From IMG/VR virus record IMGVR_UViG_3300023297_000003: a stretch of DNA of 64,000 nucleotides; one strand, 5' to 3'. The notes below the pieces were generated by a model. The model saw nothing but the letters and a program-made list of their open reading frames with translations. It was not told the origin of the DNA and searched no databases. A program made the translations under genes and the position numbers. This document shows, piece after piece, positions 18,452 to 27,699 of the stretch; position 1 is the stretch's first letter, and the number at the start of each line of letters is the position of its first letter. Source of the DNA: a virus. Lineage: Duplodnaviria; Heunggongvirae; Uroviricota; Caudoviricetes.

Positions 18452-18718
18452 TCAGGTCCCTAGCAGGGGCCATAGTGTTTGGGTTGTCAACCAAAAGCCG
18501 TAGAGCGGTGTCACCAGCATCAGGAAGGTCAGGCACATGTTGATTATGTACATTGGCCATACCAGGAGGATTCGTTCAACGGAATACTTGTGATAAACCG
18601 GGTTGCGACACAGACTGTCGAGAAACTGTGTCACAGGGGGCAGGATCATCCTGTTGAAAGCGAAAACGATGAAACCAAAAAGCACCCACACTCCCGCTAT
18701 TGCCAGTTCCATCCACAT
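18452..18718 (-). CDS. small membrane protein
   Basis: 88 aa, three hydrophobic segments; promoter-like motif at 18768-18800. Confidence 0.4.
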   Translation of the reverse strand: MWMELAIAGVWVLFGFIVFAFNRMILPPVTQFLDSLCRNPVYHKYSVERILLVWPMYIINMCLTFLMLVTPLYGFWLTTQTLWPLLGT

Positions 18719-18772
18719 GGTCGTCTCCTTGTTTCAGCGGGGCCTCACATCCCCCAGTTACTTGATCTACTC

Positions 18773-19267
18773 CTACAGGCACACAGGATGATCCGAGGTT
18801 TCCTCTGCCGTCCCCTGAACGGAGCACTTGGCGCTCCGTAGTATGCGATACAGGCGTATTTCCTCGAAGGGGAATGTCATGGGCAGTACCCGCACACCCC
18901 ACATCAGCGACCCGTCGTCCTGCATAATGGGGCAACACTCCGCTTTGACTTCGCCCCGCTCACGGAACTCATACTCCCAGATGCTGATCTGGACCCACTT
19001 GGCATTGTCCTTGGGATCAGCATCGTTGTCCCTCAGTAGTGCATACAACTCAGGGAGGGGCAACTGCTGGAGGTAGTCCAGGCGAACCCTGTCCGCAATC
19101 GTCAGGGAGCGGCGGGGTGTCCCGTCCGGGAGCCTCTGCTCACTGTGTGCCATCGTGGTAGAACGCTGACCCACGTACCCCATGAGGACACCGAGGGCAT
19201 GTTGATTGAGGCCACGTTTCTCTCGGAAGGTTTTGACTGTTTCCGGCGTCCACTTTTCCTGGCTCAT
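18773..19267 (-). CDS. XRE-like HTH domain protein
   Basis: TFREKRGLNQHALGVLMGY..RSTTMAHSE N-terminal HTH. Confidence 0.45.
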   Translation of the reverse strand: MSQEKWTPETVKTFREKRGLNQHALGVLMGYVGQRSTTMAHSEQRLPDGTPRRSLTIADRVRLDYLQQLPLPELYALLRDNDADPKDNAKWVQISIWEYEFRERGEVKAECCPIMQDDGSLMWGVRVLPMTFPFEEIRLYRILRSAKCSVQGTAEETSDHPVCL

Positions 19268-19818
19268 GTCGTCTCTCCCGTTTGTTCCTGTGCTCCGTTG
19301 ATGAGGGCGGCGACCCGAGTCAGGGACTTCAGGAACCGTCGCTCCAGGCCCTTGATAGCGTGGGCTTCCGTTTTCCCATATGCCAGTTTGCTGACCGTTG
19401 AGGCAGAGAAGGTTGTGCCGTCCTCATGGGAAAACTGGAAAACACCACGGCCAGCCACCGACCAGGAGTTGCCACGCTCCTCAGGGTCCGTGTGCTCGAC
19501 CCAGTAGGTCACCCGCCCGTCCTGGGTCTTGTTCGTTTTACGCACGATCAGTCTCCCCGTTTCTTGTCCAGTGTCCTACTGATCTGCAGGATTCGGACCA
19601 CCGTCCCCCCAGGGGACACCTTGAGATGACCCTGGTCCAGAGGGAACCGGGCCGGTGCCTCCGTAGACCCATCAGCACCGATAGCACCAATCAGCCAAGG
19701 AACACTCAACAGGTCTCCCACCGTCACATCCTGAGCTGCCTTCCAGGTCATGTCGGCCATGAGAACCTTATGCTGTCCTGTGATCATCATTGGCTTGTCT
19801 CCTTGTCCTGTAACTGTG

Positions 19819-20442
19819 TCATTGCCGGGGCCATTCTTGGAGAGACCAATTGGCCCAACGGTGCGTCAAAAGTGGTGCCGATGAGCAGGCGTATTCATGC
19901 CATCGTTTGGTTTTCATCAGGTCCCAGTCCGCTGCCTCCAATTCGCCGTCAAATTGTCGAATGAAGGCAAGTACTCTGGGGTGTTTGCGCCATCCCTTTG
20001 TGTGGTATTTGTTCATGATGGGAGCAAATCTTCGTTCTCCCCGAGTAATAGCCTCGGGGACAATACACGTTACGGCATCCCCGGCATCCCCGCAGTTCCC
20101 ACAACCACAAGGACGAAAGACAAAGCGAACATCCAAGTACCACTGACTGATCGTGTATTCCAAGGCATCCTCATCATCGAGGTTGTCTGGGTTGATGGGG
20201 TTTTTGAGGATGTCATCACTGAAGTTTGCGATGATCATATCAAACAGGTCAAGCCCTTCCCGCTGCCAGGGACCTTCGGGCCAAGTGTGATGGCCTTTAC
20301 CTCCAGGCAACCGAGCGGCCATCTCCTTTATTTCCTCGTCCGTGACGAGTTCCGGGTGGTCAATGAACTTCCGATCCAGCGGATCCTTCATCTGGTTAAA
20401 GGCAAACTGAAGCGTGCCCGGCCCTGGTATGACATTGTCCAT
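19819..20442 (-). CDS. hypothetical CGCxNC-motif protein (paralog A)
   Basis: 207 aa; paralog of 21116..21742 (PGPGTLQFA, CGCGNC/CGCQNC, GERRFA/GERHYA). Confidence 0.5.
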   Translation of the reverse strand: MDNVIPGPGTLQFAFNQMKDPLDRKFIDHPELVTDEEIKEMAARLPGGKGHHTWPEGPWQREGLDLFDMIIANFSDDILKNPINPDNLDDEDALEYTISQWYLDVRFVFRPCGCGNCGDAGDAVTCIVPEAITRGERRFAPIMNKYHTKGWRKHPRVLAFIRQFDGELEAADWDLMKTKRWHEYACSSAPLLTHRWANWSLQEWPRQ

Positions 20443-20504
20443 CAGTCATCCTCTAAGTCTAGTGCCTCATCCACACTACTCTGCCGCCGCCACAGATGAT
20501 CCCG

Positions 20505-21116
20505 TCAACTGCAAAGGGCCTCCCGGAAGGGCTGAAACTCCCGACGAACACGCTGGAGAACACGACCGATCCGACCCTTAGTAGAACCGAACTCTGCGGC
20601 TATCTCAGTCTGGCTGTAACCTTCAACCCTTCGTTTGATGATAGCCACGTACCGTTCAGCGTTGTCCGGAAAGATCTGAGTGCAAACGGACTCCACAAGC
20701 TCCATTTGACAACCCGCTGTCCATTGGCTGTTCGACGGGTCCACTTCATACGATGTGGGCGGCTGTGGTGCTGTGGTTTTGCCTTGCCACTCCCATTTTG
20801 TCTGTGCCCCCAGGCTGCTACGGGGAACTACGTCTTGACCGGCTCGTTGGAGCCACTTGATGGCCTTACGGGCTATAAACAGACCTAGTCGGTCTAAGGT
20901 CAGAGAGCTTTTCAGTTCCTCCCCTTCCCGGTGAATGAAGAAGCGAAGAGCATCGACATGAATGAATTGTATGGCCGTGTCCTGGATCACGTCCTCCACA
21001 TCACTTGAAGGGATGGGCACCGCCCAGGTACGGAGACCGTAATGTCCCGCTTCCTGAAAGGTCTGCCAGTTCTGTCCCAACCACTGGCTGGTGACGTTTG
21101 TAGCCTCAGTGTTCAT
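20505..21116 (-). CDS. sigma-70-family sigma-factor-like protein (region-4 HTH)
   Basis: C-terminal AERYVAIIKRRVEGYSQTEIAAEFGSTKGRIGRVLQRVRREF; start set to ATG overlapping upstream stop. Confidence 0.5.
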   Translation of the reverse strand: MNTEATNVTSQWLGQNWQTFQEAGHYGLRTWAVPIPSSDVEDVIQDTAIQFIHVDALRFFIHREGEELKSSLTLDRLGLFIARKAIKWLQRAGQDVVPRSSLGAQTKWEWQGKTTAPQPPTSYEVDPSNSQWTAGCQMELVESVCTQIFPDNAERYVAIIKRRVEGYSQTEIAAEFGSTKGRIGRVLQRVRREFQPFREALCS

Positions 21117-21742
21117 CACCAACTGTACTCCCGAGGCCATTCCCGAAGGGTCCATTCCTTTCCGATTGGCCCGGTTGCCTCAGGTGCTGTATCCCCAGCG
21201 TAGTTGTCCCCCCGTGCCGTCCGCATGAGATCGTTGCCTGCTGCCTTCAGTTCCTGGTCAAACTTGGCAATGAGGGCCAGCACTTTAGGCTGTTTTCTCC
21301 ACCCCCGTGGCAGGCGTTTGTTCATTACGGCTGCGTAGTGCCTTTCACCACGGGCAATTGCAGCGGGCGCTGTCATCGTTTTTGCCTCTCCAATCTGCAT
21401 GCAGTTTTGGCACCCACACTCTTGGAATGCGAGTCTCACACCTCGGTACCACTCCCAGATTGTGTTCTCCAGGTATTCATCTGTCTCCTTATCACAGGAG
21501 CCAAAAACCGTAGTGTCCTTCAAATAATCAAGGGCGAGCATATCCGGGTCGTCCCGTTTCCAGGGGCCATGACCCCAAGGCACATGCTCAGGACCAGGAA
21601 GCCCCATCTTTTCCCTCAGATGATTTTGGTCTTCAGGGGTGAGGGGCTGCTGGTCCTTAACCTTTTGCAACACCGGATCATTTATGCTGTCCAGCGCAAA
21701 CTGAAGCGTCCCTGGTCCTGGTACGACCTCACCCATCGTCAC
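21116..21742 (-). CDS. hypothetical CGCxNC-motif protein (paralog B)
   Basis: 208 aa, see 19819..20442. Confidence 0.5.
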   Translation of the reverse strand: MTMGEVVPGPGTLQFALDSINDPVLQKVKDQQPLTPEDQNHLREKMGLPGPEHVPWGHGPWKRDDPDMLALDYLKDTTVFGSCDKETDEYLENTIWEWYRGVRLAFQECGCQNCMQIGEAKTMTAPAAIARGERHYAAVMNKRLPRGWRKQPKVLALIAKFDQELKAAGNDLMRTARGDNYAGDTAPEATGPIGKEWTLREWPREYSW

Positions 21743-23604
21743 ACCCCCGCCAGCTTGTACGCCTCGTCCAAGCCGATCACCTTCACGCCGTACTGCTTGG
21801 CCTTTTTCGCTTTGCCCGAGGTACTGTCCGGGTCCAGGGCGATCAGGTAGGATAGTTTCTTGGACACGCTGCCCTTCATTGTGCCACCCGCCTTTTCGAT
21901 AGCATCGAGCAGGGCGGGTTCACGGGTGCCAGTCAGGCAAAAGGTCATCCCGAGCAACGGCCCGGAGATGTCCTGGATGGTGATGTCGGCTCCGCCAAGG
22001 TCTTGCGTGGCCCGCAACTTGACGATCAGCCCGGCCTTGGCAGCAAATCCCGTCACGAAGGCCAGCGCTTTCGTGTCCCCCATTCCAGGGATGCTGGCAA
22101 CTGCCGGGAGGGTCTTGCCCCTGGTGACGATGGGAACATGCACCTTGGCCTTGAAGAGCAGGTTCAGGGTGGTGTATCCAGCGTCCACAACCACCTTGGC
22201 CATGCTGCGCCCGATCAGGGGGATACCCAGGCTCCCTATCAGGACGTGCAGGGGCAGCGTCTTCTTGGCGTTAAGGTTCCTGAGGGCTTTGTCCGCCGAG
22301 CCGCCGACACGCCGTCCGCTCAACTCCAGGGAGGCGACCTCGTCCAGGTCCAGGTTGTAGAGGTCAGCGATGTCCATTGGGGCGTTGCGTATCCGTTCCT
22401 GATCCGCTGCCGGGAGGGTCTTCACGTCATCCTTCTTTACGCCGAAGGTGACTTCAAACACTTCCTCGGTGAGGGTGAAAGGGAACGCATCCACCATTGC
22501 GTCGATCAGGGTCTCGCCAACGTGTAGGACACCGAGCTTCTTGACCCAGCGTCTGATGGCCCCGGTTGCCTGGGCGGGGCACTCCTCGCTGCGGCACACA
22601 AGGTACTCGCCGTCCCGCACCAAGGCTCCCTGGCAGGAGGGGCACTGGGTCGGGGTGCGGAGTCCCGTGCCTGTACCGAACTTGTTCAGGACTTCCTCTA
22701 CATAGGGGATAACATCATTTCTGCGAGAAACGAGAATTGCGTCGCCGGGTACCGGAACAGTGGCTTTGCCCCACAGCCCTTCGATGTTGCTGATGTTGTG
22801 AAGGCTCGCCTGTTTGACGTTCGCCCCTGCGAGGTTCACAACGTCAAATTCGGCCACCGGGGTGATGCGCCCGCTGTTGCCTACCTGCCAACGGATGCTC
22901 CGCAGCGTGGTCGGCTTGGACTCATGAGGAAACTTATAAGCGCAGGCACCCTTGGGGCGGTTGTTCAGTTCCCCAAGCATCGCACGGGCGTTGGCGTCAG
23001 CCACCTCGATCACCAGCCCGTCGATATCGTAACCCAGGCTCTTCCTGACGGTGGCGATGTAGTCCTGGTAGAGGGCCTCCACTGCTGCCAGTCCCTTGTA
23101 CTCACCCCAGCGGGGTACCTGGAAGCCCATCGTGGCCAGGGCCTTCAACTCGGCGCTCTTGGACGCCATCGGGCGACCACCGGGCAGGAGTTGATAGCAG
23201 ATAACCGTCAGGAAGGCACATTTGCTGTTGTCAGTTTGACGTTTCGCAGTGCCGCTCGCCGTGTTACGGGGGTTGGATTCGCCCTTGAAGTGGGTGACGA
23301 AGTCATCGTGGGTCACCACAACCTCGGCCCGCACCCACACATCGTCTGGGGTGGGGGTGCCATCCGGTAACGTCGGGGGCAGTACCTTGACTGCACCCTT
23401 CATCAGCAGGACGTTCCGGGTGATATCCTCGCCTATCGTCCCGTCGCCCCGTGTCAGCGCCTGCACTAGCTTCCTGTTTTCGTATCTCATCCCACAGTTG
23501 TGTGCTAAAATTCCAGGCCCCACAAAGTAACAGGACGTATTGCGGATTGTCAGATCAAAGGCTCTTCTGGGTCCCGGTACTTTCTCAACGGATGCAACTC
23601 GCAT
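21739..23604 (-). CDS. ligA: split-intein C-half (36 aa, ..GILAHN) fused to NAD-dependent DNA ligase C-terminal portion
   Basis: MRVASVEKVPGPRRAFDLTIRNTSCYFVGPGILAHN|CGMRYENRKLVQALTRGDGTIGEDIT (LigA motif after KxDG); own promoter motif 23635-23663. Confidence 0.8.
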   Translation of the reverse strand: MRVASVEKVPGPRRAFDLTIRNTSCYFVGPGILAHNCGMRYENRKLVQALTRGDGTIGEDITRNVLLMKGAVKVLPPTLPDGTPTPDDVWVRAEVVVTHDDFVTHFKGESNPRNTASGTAKRQTDNSKCAFLTVICYQLLPGGRPMASKSAELKALATMGFQVPRWGEYKGLAAVEALYQDYIATVRKSLGYDIDGLVIEVADANARAMLGELNNRPKGACAYKFPHESKPTTLRSIRWQVGNSGRITPVAEFDVVNLAGANVKQASLHNISNIEGLWGKATVPVPGDAILVSRRNDVIPYVEEVLNKFGTGTGLRTPTQCPSCQGALVRDGEYLVCRSEECPAQATGAIRRWVKKLGVLHVGETLIDAMVDAFPFTLTEEVFEVTFGVKKDDVKTLPAADQERIRNAPMDIADLYNLDLDEVASLELSGRRVGGSADKALRNLNAKKTLPLHVLIGSLGIPLIGRSMAKVVVDAGYTTLNLLFKAKVHVPIVTRGKTLPAVASIPGMGDTKALAFVTGFAAKAGLIVKLRATQDLGGADITIQDISGPLLGMTFCLTGTREPALLDAIEKAGGTMKGSVSKKLSYLIALDPDSTSGKAKKAKQYGVKVIGLDEAYKLAGV

Positions 23605-23634
23605 TGTAGACCTCGTTTGATGACCGTCACTAGG

Positions 23635-23663
23635 TCTACTCTGTGGGGTCCGCAGATGATCCC
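23635..23663 (-). promoter_or_regulatory. conserved phage promoter-like motif upstream of IntC-ligA-C ORF
   Basis: tctactct-N12-gatgatccc (reverse complement of GGGATCATC..AGAGTAGA). Confidence 0.5.
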
Positions 23664-24733
23664 GTTTTAAACTGATTCAGAAATGTCCGCACTCTGCTCA
23701 ACACATCTTCAGGGTTTTTACGCCAGTCACTTTCCCATACCACTAGAATACGGTACCCTACTTTTCTGAGTCCCGCTAAACGACGGCGATCATACTGCCA
23801 TTTTTGGGCCGATGTCATTCGGATTGTTGTGTTGTAGAACTCAGGGTCTGAGAATTTGGGGTTACTCGGGTTACAATGATAGTAGTCCCCAAAGAACTCA
23901 AGGATCACTTTCAAGGTCTCATTAGCCTCATCAACGGTGAAACCTGAAATGACTTGTTCACTTACAAAGCCTGCATACAATCTCGCATCTATCAGATGTT
24001 GTCGAAAATCATCCGATATCTTTGATCGAGGGAGCCCCTTGATCATCCGAGCAACCCGTTGGTTTCTTTGTTCTGGCGTTAATGAGGCCCAAACTTTTTT
24101 GGCACCCTCGCCTATTTTTTTTGCTCTCCGTTGTTTAGCCTCCTCCGTCATTGTTTGCCATTGCTTGACGACACCTCTGCGTCGTTCCTTCGGTGTCATG
24201 CGGGAATAGGTGGCAATACGGGTTTGACGTGCTCTTTCATATCGTTCTGCATTTTTGTCTGACGGTATTAAAGCCAGACCCAAAGCTACTTGACGACCAA
24301 AGTTCTCACTCCATCCGGGCGTTGCTCTCGTAATAGCTGCCTTTTTGCGTGCCTCCTTACGAGCACATTTGGGGCAAAGATGCAGACCCCACTTCTGTTC
24401 CTGTTCTACAGCTTGTTTAACCACGTGCCGAACCCGAGATAATGGACTCGATAAGGTGATCTCTTTATGTCCACAGCGGTCACAAATTTTTGTCAGGACA
24501 GGTTTTTCTTGCTTTACTCGCAAGGTCCATTGACGACCAGCTATCGTGTTACCCCGTTTTCTGGTTTTCCTGAAATGTTCAACAAACCAAGCGTCCCCTA
24601 ATAACATAAGGCCCCCCAGGACACCCGCTAGATGGGGTATCCTGGGGTCTAAACTATCAGGGTTGTTCGGTACAGTCAAGCACGTCTTCACCCGTGAGAT
24701 CTTTAGCTTCAACCCACCCTTTATCCTTGACAT
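23636..24733 (-). CDS. free-standing homing-endonuclease-like protein (zinc finger, NUMOD-like repeats, C-terminal Vsr/DUF559-like domain)
   Basis: 365 aa in third frame between the two ligase fragments; CDRCGH..CPKCARKE; GYRILVVWESDW C-terminal. Confidence 0.5.
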   Translation of the reverse strand: MSRIKGGLKLKISRVKTCLTVPNNPDSLDPRIPHLAGVLGGLMLLGDAWFVEHFRKTRKRGNTIAGRQWTLRVKQEKPVLTKICDRCGHKEITLSSPLSRVRHVVKQAVEQEQKWGLHLCPKCARKEARKKAAITRATPGWSENFGRQVALGLALIPSDKNAERYERARQTRIATYSRMTPKERRRGVVKQWQTMTEEAKQRRAKKIGEGAKKVWASLTPEQRNQRVARMIKGLPRSKISDDFRQHLIDARLYAGFVSEQVISGFTVDEANETLKVILEFFGDYYHCNPSNPKFSDPEFYNTTIRMTSAQKWQYDRRRLAGLRKVGYRILVVWESDWRKNPEDVLSRVRTFLNQFKTGSSADPTE

Positions 24734-25292
24734 AGAAGAGATGGTCTTCAGTCACCACAACAGAGGATCCCAGATGCAGGGGATCCGTTTCAAAGGTAAC
24801 CCGAACCCAGTTATCCTTGATGCCGTTGTCTTTGACGGCCACGACTTGTTCAGTGGTGACCCCCCTTTCAGGATCCCAGGTTAAAACTTGGGGCATCAGT
24901 CCCTTTTCTACGACCTCTTGAAGGGGGACAGTTTCCCCATTAGCCAGATGCAGTGGGGTAGCCCCATCAAAACACGAGATACCATCAAGTTTGTCCATCA
25001 CAGCGACATCGGCGTTGCTCACCGAGGCGAACCACGCAGCCAGATCCGTTTCGACCTGGGCCTTGTTCAGGCTGGACATTGGGATGCTGTGCCGGACCTT
25101 CGGCCATGCACCCTTGACCGGGGCGGGGGCTGCACCGACCTTGAGGAGTTCCGGGTGCTTGGGGTCGAGCGCTCGAAGCTGATCTTCCAGGGCGTCGTAA
25201 ACCACATCCGTCATGATGGGGGAGCCGTTGTAATAAGCGTCCCGAGCGGCGGCGATCCGTTTGACCAGGGTATCTATCTGAGGGTTGCTCAT
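24657..25292 (-). CDS. ligA: NAD-dependent DNA ligase N-terminal portion (KLDG adenylation motif) fused to split-intein N-half (105 aa)
   Basis: ..VAVMDKLDGIS|CFDGATPLHLANGETVPL..; start moved to MSNPQ (first ATG lies in the conserved UTR hairpin). Confidence 0.8.
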   Translation of the reverse strand: MSNPQIDTLVKRIAAARDAYYNGSPIMTDVVYDALEDQLRALDPKHPELLKVGAAPAPVKGAWPKVRHSIPMSSLNKAQVETDLAAWFASVSNADVAVMDKLDGISCFDGATPLHLANGETVPLQEVVEKGLMPQVLTWDPERGVTTEQVVAVKDNGIKDNWVRVTFETDPLHLGSSVVVTEDHLFYVKDKGWVEAKDLTGEDVLDCTEQP

Positions 25293-25378
25293 TGCGTTGG
25301 TCTCCTTGTCAGGGGTCATTTGCCCCCTCACTTTAACTACTCAGCAGGTCGGTGAGATGATCCCTTTTTGTCGTGCTC

Positions 25379-25768
25379 CTAGTAGGCAGCGGGGATGTGT
25401 ACCCACAGGTCCTTCCACAGCGTGTCGCTTCCATCGGGGCTTCCCCACGTCAGCGTCAGACTCCCGTCCGCTCCCTTCTCTAACTCAATGTCAAAGTTGT
25501 GATCCTGAGAGTCCCCTCGCCAGAGGGTGCCATCGGACAACTCCACCATGCACAGCAGTCGGGGGTTGTCCCCCATGAGGGAACACTCCCGGATGACCCC
25601 GACAGCCTTCCGCACTTCTGGGGCTTGCTGACCGCCTTCTTCCGCCGTGGTGACAGTCCACGGGACGGGGAGAGGCCCCCCCTGGCTCCATCCCTCCTGC
25701 TGCCACTCCATCTCTCCCACCCACTCGTACACGGTGCAGGGTTTCCCTACAAACTTTTGCATGTCCAT
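25379..25768 (-). CDS. hypothetical protein
   Basis: start moved to MDMQKF; promoter motif 25795-25840. Confidence 0.45.
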   Translation of the reverse strand: MDMQKFVGKPCTVYEWVGEMEWQQEGWSQGGPLPVPWTVTTAEEGGQQAPEVRKAVGVIRECSLMGDNPRLLCMVELSDGTLWRGDSQDHNFDIELEKGADGSLTLTWGSPDGSDTLWKDLWVHIPAAY

Positions 25769-25841
25769 CGGTGAGCCTCCCAGGGGACGTTTGCCCCTCA
25801 CTTGGACTACTCAACAGGGTGGTGAGATGATCCCTTCCTTC

Positions 25842-26153
25842 TTAAGCGTCAGGTACCCAACCTTCTAACTCAAACTCTTGGGCAACGTGACACACGTTGT
25901 GGTCATCGGCGTTCAGGACGAGTAAATCGCTGGGGTCCAGACCAAGTTGCTGCTCATGCCGCTCCGCCCATATGGCCTTGTTGGGAGTGGCCTCAGCAGT
26001 TACCTTGTGCAGAGTGGCACCGTCAGCCACCAATGCGTCGATGTCTTTCTGCATGATGGCTTTGGCCGCTTCGGGTGTTGCGGCAACACCGAGGAAGTTA
26101 GCCGCTTGAAGGTGTGCATAGGTGACATGCTGGAACACGGCCAAGACTTTCAT
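25842..26153 (-). CDS. hypothetical protein
   Basis: 103-aa ORF. Confidence 0.4.
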   Translation of the reverse strand: MKVLAVFQHVTYAHLQAANFLGVAATPEAAKAIMQKDIDALVADGATLHKVTAEATPNKAIWAERHEQQLGLDPSDLLVLNADDHNVCHVAQEFELEGWVPDA

Positions 26154-26806
26154 GTGGTAGTCTCCTCTTCAGACAAACCCTTTTCGTGGTCTGCCTGACG
26201 GGCCAAGGCACCCTTGGCCCAATTGAACAGGTGACGGAGTCCTTCCTGTGTTTCGGTGGAAGGCCAGAGCGCCTGAAGATGACGATTACTCGCCCGCAGG
26301 GCTGAACCGAAGTGTCTGTTCAGGATCTTCGCCGTGTCCGTACCGAGCACGCCCTTACGGTAGAGATCCTTCAGTTCCACGGACAGGGTTACCCGTGCCC
26401 TGGTCTCCTCCCGGAGAGCCTCGGTCAGATCCTCAACCTGAGCGGTCGCCTGGTCTCGTTCCTCTGTAAGGACCCCGATAGTCATCAGGGCTTCCTTAAC
26501 GGCATCTGCCGACCCTTTGTTGCCGAACTGGTCGGTGGCAAGAGAGTTGGCTAAGGTCCCCAACGTGTCGCTCTGTGTCGCCATGCCCTTGAGAGCATCC
26601 AGGACTGTCGTCTGGAGGGTCTTCCCCATTGCCCTTGCCTTGTCAGCCTCCTGGGAAAGGGATACAGCAGCCTCCCGGATTTTGGTCCGTTCCAACTCGA
26701 TCAGATGGTCCTGCGTCCCCTGGATCAACGCCGCCCGTTTCAGGGCAGCAAGTGCCTGAGCCGTTTCCTTGTACCGGAGCTTCCAGTTCACTTTGTCTTT
26801 GGACAT
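26150..26806 (-). CDS. coiled-coil protein
   Basis: start MSKDKVNW with AAGGAG RBS; heptad-rich. Confidence 0.45.
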   Translation of the reverse strand: MSKDKVNWKLRYKETAQALAALKRAALIQGTQDHLIELERTKIREAAVSLSQEADKARAMGKTLQTTVLDALKGMATQSDTLGTLANSLATDQFGNKGSADAVKEALMTIGVLTEERDQATAQVEDLTEALREETRARVTLSVELKDLYRKGVLGTDTAKILNRHFGSALRASNRHLQALWPSTETQEGLRHLFNWAKGALARQADHEKGLSEEETTT

Positions 26807-26823
26807 CTCTCTCTCCTTTTCGT

Positions 26824-27093
26824 TTATTTCTGTTCCGCCTCGGGCACCAGTTCTCGCACACAGTTGGCCATCCTTGCATATCCTGTATCGTCTGAATCCC
26901 TGACGTGTGACCAGTTCCAACCGCTGTGTTCCAGTTGTTCGGAAGTACAGTTTCCGAATCCGTTACCACGGCAAAACACATACCATTGTTCGTTGGCAGT
27001 CAGGTACCGGGAGTTGCTTCCATGGTTGTGGAGGAAGGAAATAACGACCACATGGTCGTCGTCCCAGTCAACGGGGTTCAGTGATGTCGTCAT
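26824..27093 (-). CDS. hypothetical protein
   Basis: 89-aa ORF; promoter motif 27110-27160. Confidence 0.4.
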   Translation of the reverse strand: MTTSLNPVDWDDDHVVVISFLHNHGSNSRYLTANEQWYVFCRGNGFGNCTSEQLEHSGWNWSHVRDSDDTGYARMANCVRELVPEAEQK

Positions 27094-27198
27094 CGTTGGG
27101 CTCCTTTGTCAGGGGTCCTTTGCCCCTCACCTGTACTACTCAACCGGACACCAGGATGATCTCTTCCTTCTCAGGTATCCGTTGATGATCGTCCTTCA

Positions 27199-27699
27199 TC
27201 AGACCGCTTCCCGGATAGGCTTCTTCCAGAACACTCGCTCACCCTGGATCATTGCTCGGCGGGCCAACTCATCAACCCGTGTGTTCAGGTATGCCTGCAC
27301 GTTGCGATTCCTCGGCTGGTGGCTTTCCACCCACTTCACAATCAGAGTCACGCCCGCAGCCTCAACGGCGGCGAGGGTCTCGGTTACTACCTGCGTCTCC
27401 CGATCCCCGCACCCCATCCCCTTTTTAAACCACCCAACGACCCCTTTGTTGTCCGTCTTCACAACGAGATGCGTCCCGGTCTCGCTGTCCAGATGTTTTA
27501 AGGCGCAGAGGACAGTCTGGTAGACAGCGAACAACTCCACCTGTGTGTTGCCCTTGAGCCAATCCACCGATGACGGGATCGGTGCTGCCACCAAGACCCG
27601 TGTCTTGCTGTCCCGTAGCCATGCGCCCCACCCGGCCTGCCCAGTCACATAGTAATAACTAGCGTCGCAATACGCTGAGAGATAGACCGGGGCGCTCAT
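27199..27699 (-). CDS. rnhA: RNase H (RNase HI-like)
   Basis: YCDASY..GWGAWL..E..D..VESHQPRNRNVQAYLNTRVDELARRA; start set to MSAPVYL overlapping upstream stop. Confidence 0.65.
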   Translation of the reverse strand: MSAPVYLSAYCDASYYYVTGQAGWGAWLRDSKTRVLVAAPIPSSVDWLKGNTQVELFAVYQTVLCALKHLDSETGTHLVVKTDNKGVVGWFKKGMGCGDRETQVVTETLAAVEAAGVTLIVKWVESHQPRNRNVQAYLNTRVDELARRAMIQGERVFWKKPIREAV

